Origin: Patescibacteria group bacterium
Lineage (GTDB): Bacteria; Patescibacteriota; Saccharimonadia; Saccharimonadales; JANWIN01
Assembly (NCBI GenBank): GCA_035480855.1
Contig: DATIHJ010000026.1
Location: 1 to 55,746, forward strand
Reading direction: 5' to 3'
Length of the DNA stretch: 55,746 bases
The position numbers were made by a program, and so were the translations under genes. The notes beneath the pieces are model-generated. The model did not search any database and was not told where the DNA came from. It saw nothing but the letters and a program-made list of their open reading frames with translations. The stretch's first letter is position 1; each line of letters starts with the position of its first letter. Shown in pieces: positions 34,879 through 44,035 of the stretch.

Positions 34879-36155
34879 CTTGGTAACCCCCAAGCTTGGC
34901 GACGTTTAGTCCATGTAGTGCCCCGGCGTACTAGCTGCTTTGCATCCTTTGGATCGGCCAGGAGTTGCTCAATCACACCCTCGAGCCCCTGCGCACCTTT
35001 AAATAATATAGTTTCGCCTCCCTTCAATTCTTTTTGCAGATAATCTAAGACTTCCCCAGCTAGCACAAAGCTTACTACCGTGCCTTCAGGTAGCTTATCT
35101 TTTAGGGTGGGATAGGAGTATTCGTGTGTGCGCTTACCAAGTAACACAACCCTGTCCACACTTATTTTGCTTATTTCCTCGGCAAGTCGTTTGTGTTCAT
35201 CGCTCTCTAAACTTCCCTGCTCTAAAATGTCTGCTATCACCAGCCATTTATGCTCTGCAGGATACGCTTTATATAGTTCCAGAATCGCCTTTACAGCCCC
35301 GAGCCCATTGTTGTAGGTACTATCAATAATTGTAGTGTTTTTTATGCCTTTTAAAATATTACTCCGCCCGGGAGGTAATTTTAGCTGGGTATAGCTTGTT
35401 TCAGATGGGAGATCAAAGTATTTGGTTAACTCACTTATCATCTGAAGACCAATTCCTACCTCTTTAGGGTGCAGACCTGGTACAGTAAATTTTTGGCCGC
35501 CAATTGTAAATATAGTTTGACTGGAAGTTAGCTCATAGTTTGTTACCGCTTTTGTAGACAACTGCTTGACTTCCACCCCTCTTTTGGCCCGTGCAAGTTC
35601 TCGTACCAGTTCTGGTTGGTCGCCATTGGCTAGCACTAGCTTAGTGGTGGCAGCTACAAAATCACTAAACTCTTTGGCAATTGCTGCTTCGTGAGAAGGA
35701 AATGTGCCGTTTTTGACAAGACTATCAAAGTTCATGCTATGTGTGTGCGAAAGGCTAACCCAAATTGTAACCTCTGGTTTTAAAAAGTTGGCAATAAAAT
35801 TCCCCTCATGAGGACGGTCACTATCTGCCTCAACCACATAGAGTTTTTGTGGCGGCAGGCTGCGGAATATGTTAAATGGAGCAGCGACCAAACGCACTAA
35901 CCAATCAGCCTTGGAGCTCACATTTGGCTCCATACCCAGGACATGAAATGGGATGCCTATGGCGCTATTAGCATGATGGCTATAGATTGCTTGTGTACCC
36001 ATCTGTGCTTCTGCTATGTGTAGTACGCTAGTTTTGCCACTGCTGCCAGTTATAACAACAATGCGTGGTTTCCAACGTCGTAAAACAAATTTAGCCCAAA
36101 AGGCAAAATAAGCAGCAACTACAAAGTACAGGCGCTTTTTAAGCGTATGAAGCAT
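34875..36155 (-). CDS. Mur ligase family protein, MurF-like but lacking the MurF N-terminal domain
   Basis: P-loop ITGSSGKTS about 35 aa from the N-terminus after a hydrophobic segment, DSTYNN (compare MurF DxxYNANP), and ADILEQG..S...H (compare GDMLELG). Confidence 0.8.
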   Translation of the reverse strand: MLHTLKKRLYFVVAAYFAFWAKFVLRRWKPRIVVITGSSGKTSVLHIAEAQMGTQAIYSHHANSAIGIPFHVLGMEPNVSSKADWLVRLVAAPFNIFRSLPPQKLYVVEADSDRPHEGNFIANFLKPEVTIWVSLSHTHSMNFDSLVKNGTFPSHEAAIAKEFSDFVAATTKLVLANGDQPELVRELARAKRGVEVKQLSTKAVTNYELTSSQTIFTIGGQKFTVPGLHPKEVGIGLQMISELTKYFDLPSETSYTQLKLPPGRSNILKGIKNTTIIDSTYNNGLGAVKAILELYKAYPAEHKWLVIADILEQGSLESDEHKRLAEEISKISVDRVVLLGKRTHEYSYPTLKDKLPEGTVVSFVLAGEVLDYLQKELKGGETILFKGAQGLEGVIEQLLADPKDAKQLVRRGTTWTKRRQAWGLPR

Positions 36156-36200
36156 ACGCCTATTTTACCCCATATAGGGGTTTAGAAGTAATCACAAGGA

Positions 36201-36230
36201 TTAAAAAAGCTCCGGCTAAAGCAGGAGCTT
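36201..36230 (-). terminator. Intrinsic terminator (minus strand) after the minihelix, before the Mur-ligase operon
   Basis: The minus strand reads AAGCTCC-t-GC-ttta-GC-c-GGAGCTT followed by TTTTTTAATCC. Confidence 0.65.
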
Positions 36231-36240
36231 CAAAATTTAC

Positions 36241-36277
36241 TGGTGGAGCAATTGTAGGCGTAAACCTACAATGCCCC
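36241..36277 (-). ncRNA. tRNA-Ala-like acceptor-arm minihelix with encoded ACCA end
   Basis: The minus strand is GGGGCATTGTAGGTTTACGCCTACAATTGCTCCACCA. It folds as G1-C33, G2-C32, G3:U31, G4-C30, C5-G29, A6-U28, a U27 bulge, seven further pairs and a 6-nt loop, ending in single-stranded ACCA. The first 9 nt and last 10 nt are identical to tRNA-Ala(GGC) at 37274-37350. Expression has not been shown. Confidence 0.5.
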
Positions 36278-36328
36278 ATAGCAAATGTATAGTAACAAAC
36301 AAATAAGCGATGTAAAAGACTGGCCGTA

Positions 36329-37243
36329 TTAGCGAATATTTTGAACTTTACTTTGCAGCTGAGCTAAAGGAATAGTCTGGGTTGGCACCGAAATCGGTTG
36401 CTCTTGTCCCTGGGAGCTATATGTCTGGCTCTGTCCACCATCAGGATACGACACCTTAACCAACTGACGGGATACTTTATCCACCGTGAATTCGGCTTTA
36501 AGAGGCTGGCTACCGTTATATTGGCTTGGGTCAAGCCCTATATCGCCAAGGCCTATATCTTTTACGAACTGCTGAAGCATACTAATGTATGCTTTAGGGT
36601 TAATGTTAACCGTATATACAAACACTTGACGCCCAGATTGTTTAACACTTTTAGCAGGCTCAGAAGTAATGGTATATACGTTGTTGTTCTTTATTAAATT
36701 AATCAGGTCATGGCGCGGGCCACTGGCCAAGTTAGCATATGGCACAATACCTAGTAAGCTCTGCTGCAAATATTGTATGGGTGGTCTTTGGCCTTTTTTA
36801 GCATCTGGGGTTTTGCCCCACACTCCAATAATTTGGGCAGTATTTAACGGCTTGCCCTGGGCGTTTTTTTGATCAGTCTTGATAGCAACATAACGACTAT
36901 AGTCATTGTCTTTTGTACCGATGGTTTCGGACTTTACCACCGCATGGCTGCCACTAATATTCTGGCTTATGGTCACTACGTTTCGAGCCGCGTTTACAGC
37001 ACCTAGTTGCAACTGTATGTACTGATCTGTTGTCTGTCCCGCAGCGGTTTGGGTTGTGTGGCGAGTGATGCTTTCTGTAGCCAAGTTATTGCTTATCATG
37101 CCCCAAAAGACATTTTCTGAACTGGTATACACCTTGCTCCACCATAGCCAGCCACCGCCGATAATACCAGCAATCACCAGAATAATTAGCCACCTGAAAG
37201 CAGCTTTCTTATCTATACTAATGCTCTCTTCCGCCTTGGACAT
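36329..37243 (-). CDS. Hypothetical N-terminally anchored extracytoplasmic protein
   Basis: A single TM (WLIILVIAGIIGGGWLWW), then a ~260-aa polar domain with no recognised family. Confidence 0.6.
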   Translation of the reverse strand: MSKAEESISIDKKAAFRWLIILVIAGIIGGGWLWWSKVYTSSENVFWGMISNNLATESITRHTTQTAAGQTTDQYIQLQLGAVNAARNVVTISQNISGSHAVVKSETIGTKDNDYSRYVAIKTDQKNAQGKPLNTAQIIGVWGKTPDAKKGQRPPIQYLQQSLLGIVPYANLASGPRHDLINLIKNNNVYTITSEPAKSVKQSGRQVFVYTVNINPKAYISMLQQFVKDIGLGDIGLDPSQYNGSQPLKAEFTVDKVSRQLVKVSYPDGGQSQTYSSQGQEQPISVPTQTIPLAQLQSKVQNIR

Positions 37244-37249
37244 GTCACT

Positions 37250-37258
37250 ATTGTATCA
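37250..37258 (-). promoter_or_regulatory. Extended -10 element TGaTACAAT, 6 nt upstream of ATG 37243
   Basis: The minus strand reads acTGaTACAATagtgacATG. It is identical to the trmD element. The -35 position would fall inside the tRNA-Ala 3' end. Confidence 0.4.
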
Positions 37259-37273
37259 GTATGTAATCAAAAC

Positions 37274-37350
37274 TGGTGGAGCATGAGGGATTCGAACCCT
37301 CGACCTCTTGCCTGCCAGGCAAGCGCGCTAGCCAACTGCGCCAATGCCCC
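37274..37350 (-). tRNA. tRNA-Ala (anticodon GGC), CCA encoded
   Basis: Manual fold: GGGGCAT/ATGCTCC acceptor with G3:U70, D-arm GCGC-AGTTGGCTA-GCGC, anticodon arm CTTGC-CTGGCAG-GCAAG, T-arm GAGGG-TTCGAAT-CCCTC, A73, CCA. Confidence 0.95.
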
Positions 37351-37378
37351 TTATAAAACAGAGAAATTTTATACTAAT

Positions 37379-37678
37379 TTAGGCTCGTTTACTAGTTCTA
37401 GTTCCCCGGCCTCTTTGCCTGACAATCTGACGCCTCTCAAAAGATGTTCGTCCGCCACGTATACCTTCTTTTTCGCGACTTGCAATGGCCCACTCCAAAC
37501 ATTCAACCTGGACACGACAAAGATCACATATTGCTTTAGCTTCTTTTATTGCCGGCGAGTCCTGCTCTGCTTTATCGTTTTCTCCCTCAGGGAAAAACAC
37601 ATCTGGATCAACTCCAAGACAACGGCCACGTGAAACTATTGAATTTAACCCGTTATCTACCATGCTATTAGACTCCAT
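37379..37678 (-). CDS. whiB: WhiB-like (Wbl) Fe-S transcription factor
   Basis: Four Cys in the Wbl arrangement C-x(n)-C-x2-C-x5-C (GRC...AICDLCRVQVEC), a G-I-R-G-G turn (compare GVWGG), and a basic C-terminal tail. Start is ATG 37678 or ATG 37663. Confidence 0.85.
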   Translation of the reverse strand: MESNSMVDNGLNSIVSRGRCLGVDPDVFFPEGENDKAEQDSPAIKEAKAICDLCRVQVECLEWAIASREKEGIRGGRTSFERRQIVRQRGRGTRTSKRA

Positions 37679-37689
37679 AACCTGTTGAG

Positions 37690-37716
37690 AGTATAGCTGA
37701 TATGACTATTTTGCAA
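37690..37716 (-). promoter_or_regulatory. Candidate whiB promoter TTGCAA-15 nt-TATACT
   Basis: The minus strand has TTGCAA (37716-37711) and TATACT (37695-37690), 11 nt before ATG 37678. The spacer is short, so confidence is low. Confidence 0.35.
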
Positions 37717-37730
37717 CCACTTATGCGATT

Positions 37731-37806
37731 TGGTGGAGTCGGGGAGACTTGAACTCCCTACCTCAGCAATGCGAATGCTGCGCTCTACCAGGTGAGCTAC
37801 GACCCC
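37731..37806 (-). tRNA. tRNA-Ala (anticodon CGC), CCA encoded
   Basis: GGGGTCG/CGACTCC acceptor with G3:U70, D-arm GCTC-ACCTGGTA-GAGC, anticodon arm CAGCA-TTCGCAT-TGCTG, T-arm GGGAG-TTCAAGT-CTCCC, A73, CCA. Confidence 0.95.
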
Positions 37807-37819
37807 TAGTTAAGGCTAA

Positions 37820-37828
37820 ATTATAACA
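37820..37828 (-). promoter_or_regulatory. Extended -10 promoter TGtTATAAT for tRNA-Ala(CGC)
   Basis: The minus strand reads tttTGtTATAATttagccttaacta followed by the tRNA 5' end at 37806, 13 nt after the -10. Confidence 0.4.
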
Positions 37829-37865
37829 AAAACTACCCCTTATAGAGTAGCTTTGTTTCGTGCGC

Positions 37866-37905
37866 GCCCACCCGCGACGGGTGGCTTTTGTTTTTATTTT
37901 TGTTT
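37866..37905 (+). terminator. Terminator-like hairpin plus U-tract on the plus strand with no upstream plus-strand gene
   Basis: CCACCCG-cga-CGGGTGG (37868-37884) followed by CTTTTGTTTTTATTTTTGTTT. It is embedded in a GC-rich palindromic patch (CGTGCGCGC ... CGTGCGCACG). Confidence 0.5.
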
Positions 37906-37986
37906 CACGCGCCGCGTGCGCACGAGTTACTCATATAGCATAACCGAAATACACTTCTTGTCAAGTAAGCGTGGGTCAGCTAATAA

Positions 37987-38015
37987 TTGACTGTATACTA
38001 AATTTATAGTATAAT
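37987..38015 (+). promoter_or_regulatory. Near-consensus promoter TTGACT-17 nt-TATAAT, 7 nt upstream of ATG 38023 (leaderless)
   Basis: TTGACT at 37987-37992, TATAAT at 38010-38015, attttat, ATG at 38023. Confidence 0.6.
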
Positions 38016-38022
38016 ATTTTAT

Positions 38023-38937
38023 ATGTACACTGTTGAGGCTGGAAGTATTCCTGTTCCCGCTATTGAATTTATTGATGATAAACCTAACAGACCCGGATTC
38101 AGGTCTGGGACTGTAAAGCGTTTTGCCGGTGTGATTGCGCTCACTCTTGTTGCAAATTTAGCTGCGTGTAGTGCAGATAAAAAAGTTACCCCTGCAAAAG
38201 TCAAACCTACAATTACCAATTCTCAGACAACAACTACAATAAGGCCAACAATAGTCGCAGAGCCCCGCACTTCTGGCTATAACTCAGAGCATTTTATACA
38301 AGCTGGTGCTGCACAGTATGGTTTGCAGGCTTCAGGTGCTAGTGTAGAACTGGATCAGACAAAACCAAAAGTAAATCGTATTGACGAACATTCCCTGATG
38401 GAACTTGCCGTTGAGTCTGCAGATGGTAGGCAGGCTGTAGAAGTGGGCTGGATTAAGTCAGATACAGATCCCAGTACGCCTCCCAAACTATTTGTTTATC
38501 ACTGGGTTGATGGTAAACCTGCATGCTATGATGGCTGCGGATTTGTACCTGAGTCAAATGGGCACTTTGCAGTTGGAGATCCTGTTGAAGTAGGAACAAC
38601 TGGGAGATATGCTATAGAGTACTCAAAAATTGGCTGGACAGTAGATTATAACGGCTATGGACTAGGGCATTTTCCAGAAAAGTTATGGAAGAATTTTAAA
38701 AAAGTTGGATTGGTTCAAGCTTTTGGAGAAGTTGCCTCATCTTCATTAAAACCTTGCACTGATATGGGGAATGGTAAATTTGGAAGCTCGTCCGGTTCTG
38801 CTAAAATCAAATACTTTAAGTTAAATAATTCAGATACACCCGTTTCATTTCAACCTTTTGAAATATATCCAAGTCTTTATAATGTTGGATTTGCGACACC
38901 TACAAGCGTGAATATTGGTGGCCCGGGTGCATGCTAA
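38023..38937 (+). CDS. Lipoprotein with neprosin-like (DUF239) glutamic-peptidase domain
   Basis: Lipobox LVANLAAC. The domain pattern SLMELAV.S.DG...VEVGW.......P.LFVYHW.DG...CYDGCGFV......AVGD.V......Y.IEY....W.V.YNG..LGHFPEKLW........VQAFGEV matches plant and bacterial neprosin, including both candidate catalytic Glu positions (VEVGW, FGEV). Confidence 0.6.
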   Translation: MYTVEAGSIPVPAIEFIDDKPNRPGFRSGTVKRFAGVIALTLVANLAACSADKKVTPAKVKPTITNSQTTTTIRPTIVAEPRTSGYNSEHFIQAGAAQYGLQASGASVELDQTKPKVNRIDEHSLMELAVESADGRQAVEVGWIKSDTDPSTPPKLFVYHWVDGKPACYDGCGFVPESNGHFAVGDPVEVGTTGRYAIEYSKIGWTVDYNGYGLGHFPEKLWKNFKKVGLVQAFGEVASSSLKPCTDMGNGKFGSSSGSAKIKYFKLNNSDTPVSFQPFEIYPSLYNVGFATPTSVNIGGPGAC

Positions 38938-38939
38938 CG

Positions 38940-39647
38940 TTAGATGCCTCTAACCTGAGTCTTCGTGGCCTGTCTAGGTAAAATGCCAAAAACCAATATT
39001 ATTGCGTATAGCACAGCAAAGCCACACAAAATACTCGGTAGGCCATCAATTGTAGACGGTTTTAGGGTGTTAGTTATAGCAGTGGGCAGCACAAACACCA
39101 GATACCCTACCGCCTGTAGTATTAGCGATTCCTGAACAGTGGCTTTCTTGGCTTGAAAAGCAAAGAATAATGCTAAGCCCAGACCCACAAACAGCCAAAA
39201 ATAGTAGTACAAAAAGTAAGCGCCACCGTAATGACTAGCCAGTTGGAAGATGGCGTAGTTGCCTGCACACTCGTGTCCACTAAATGTGGAAGGGTGTATA
39301 AAAAGAACCATCCAGGGTGCTGCCGTGGCGTAGGCAGCCCAGTGTAACAACTTAGGTCCGCGGTTGCTTATAACTTGTATTAGGTGAATTGCCAGAGGTG
39401 GTAAAAGAGTAATGGCCGCAAAACCAATGGATGACCACGCTGCCGCCTGCAGCCCAAAACGATCACAGGTGTTATACTCAGCCAGCTGAAAAACTGCCAG
39501 CAAAACTAGCAAAGCAATACTTAGATTTCGCGCTATGTTTGATTTATAACGAATCAAAGCATATAGAGCCAGTGCAAGTTCAATTATAAAAGTGGCCAGC
39601 ATGGCTGGAGGAGAAAAACAATATAATGTATTAGGACGTCTTTTCAC
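38940..39647 (-). CDS. Hypothetical polytopic membrane protein (about 7 TM)
   Basis: Hydrophobic throughout. It overlaps the upstream gene by 17 nt. No recognised family. Confidence 0.55.
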   Translation of the reverse strand: MKRRPNTLYCFSPPAMLATFIIELALALYALIRYKSNIARNLSIALLVLLAVFQLAEYNTCDRFGLQAAAWSSIGFAAITLLPPLAIHLIQVISNRGPKLLHWAAYATAAPWMVLFIHPSTFSGHECAGNYAIFQLASHYGGAYFLYYYFWLFVGLGLALFFAFQAKKATVQESLILQAVGYLVFVLPTAITNTLKPSTIDGLPSILCGFAVLYAIILVFGILPRQATKTQVRGI

Positions 39648-40128
39648 GACTACTTTCTTTAACTATGTAGCCGAGTACATCGCTATCGTTGTCGCGGAGC
39701 TCTATGATAGGTGTGCCACTCGCGCTATATATCTCAGTAATACCGCGGTTATTTAATTGCAATGTTTTGTATTGCTTGTAGCCACTATCGCTAACTGGAA
39801 AATCAACATAGCCCACTTGAGGTCTATCAGGATCTGGAACCCGAACACCGAGTAGCTTAATCCGGTGATCTCTTACTATAAGATTTCTCGGCTTCACATA
39901 AAGGGTAGATTCGTGGCTCAAAGTAGATACATTGCCAAGATTTCGCACAACGCTATCTATAAATTCATGCTCAGGATTATAGTGCGCAAACAATGTTAGA
40001 GTATCAAATGGCAATTTTACGCCGACTAGGTGCTTCGAGAGAGCACCAGCACTATCTGCAATATAGTCTAATGCCTCGTATAAAGTCCCTCTTTCTTGAA
40101 TGGGACTAAATCTATGTGCCTCTGCCAT
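39631..40128 (-). CDS. Hypothetical protein downstream of ligA
   Basis: A 165-codon ORF 4 nt after the ligA stop. No recognised domain. Confidence 0.55.
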   Translation of the reverse strand: MAEAHRFSPIQERGTLYEALDYIADSAGALSKHLVGVKLPFDTLTLFAHYNPEHEFIDSVVRNLGNVSTLSHESTLYVKPRNLIVRDHRIKLLGVRVPDPDRPQVGYVDFPVSDSGYKQYKTLQLNNRGITEIYSASGTPIIELRDNDSDVLGYIVKESSREKTS

Positions 40129-40132
40129 AGCG

Positions 40133-43080
<2,948 letters not shown>

Positions 43081-43099
43081 ACTATTACTTTACAGGAAT

Positions 43100-43987
43100 T
43101 TAGGCGTGTGTTTCCATGTCGCGTAAACGGCGGATGCGTTCCTCTATTGGAGGATGAGTGCTAAAAAGGTTAGATACACTGTGACCACGAAGCGGGTTGG
43201 CAAAGAAAAAGTGGGCCGTAGAGGTATTTTGATGCTGCATGACACTACCCGTTTTTTCTATTTTGGCCAGAGCGCTTTCTAGACCCTCGGGGTAACGTGT
43301 AGTTAATGCGCCAGTGGCATCAGCCAAGAATTCACGTTTTCGCGATACAGCTAGCTGGATAAGAGTGGCAATAATGGGGGCAAGAATTGCGGCCGCGATA
43401 CCAAGTATAAAAAACAATTGGTTAGAGTCATTATTGCTATCGTTATTGCCCCTGCCACCAAACCAGCTCATACGCAACATAATGTCGGCTAGGATTCCGA
43501 CCACTGCAACCATTGCAAAAGCTATCATTGCTACCCGTATATCGTAGTTTTTGACATGCCCCATTTCATGAGCAATGACTCCCTCTAGCTCTTGATCGTT
43601 CATAATCTCAAGCAGACCACTAGTGACACAAACAGCTGAATTGTTTGGATCACGACCGGTTGCAAAGGCGTTTGGTGCTGGGTCGTTAATTATGTATACC
43701 TTGGGTGTGGGCAGGCCATCAGTTATAGCCAGGTTTTCTACGATTCGATACAGTCTGGGATTGTCACGTTTGGCAACTTCCTTGGCCCGGTTGACAGAAA
43801 GCGATAATTTACCACCGGTAAAATACATTATCGTGGCATAGATAAGAGCAGCTATTAATACAAAAGGAGTTATGGACGGATTGCCGGTATATTTACTAAA
43901 AAGCCAGCCTAGCGCACTCACAAATACTACAAAACCAAGCATTATAAAAACGGTTTTACGTTTGTTTGAGGCTATTTCGCTATACAT
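43100..43987 (-). CDS. htpX: Zinc metalloprotease HtpX (M48)
   Basis: HEMGHV zinc motif, NAFATG, E..AD, and a four-TM layout typical of HtpX. Confidence 0.92.
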   Translation of the reverse strand: MYSEIASNKRKTVFIMLGFVVFVSALGWLFSKYTGNPSITPFVLIAALIYATIMYFTGGKLSLSVNRAKEVAKRDNPRLYRIVENLAITDGLPTPKVYIINDPAPNAFATGRDPNNSAVCVTSGLLEIMNDQELEGVIAHEMGHVKNYDIRVAMIAFAMVAVVGILADIMLRMSWFGGRGNNDSNNDSNQLFFILGIAAAILAPIIATLIQLAVSRKREFLADATGALTTRYPEGLESALAKIEKTGSVMQHQNTSTAHFFFANPLRGHSVSNLFSTHPPIEERIRRLRDMETHA

Positions 43988-44035
43988 CTTTTAATACAAC
44001 CTTGCGTAAGTTATCTGTAATCTCCACTAAAATTC

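Noticed and set aside
36241-37350. Reading the minihelix as an att-site scar, that is, a duplicated tRNA 3' end left by an integrative element inserted at tRNA-Ala(GGC).
   Set aside because: The ~1-kb interval holds a single non-mobile-looking gene and no integrase. An att duplication would copy only the tRNA 3' part, whereas this element also reproduces the 5' nine nucleotides and pairs them into an intact acceptor helix. It cannot be fully excluded without comparative data.
37283-37633. 116-aa plus-strand ORF (MRDSNPRPLACQASALANCANAP...).
   Set aside because: It starts inside the reverse complement of tRNA-Ala(GGC) and runs antisense to the well-supported whiB-like gene. Its sequence is a translation of tRNA and antisense DNA, not a gene.
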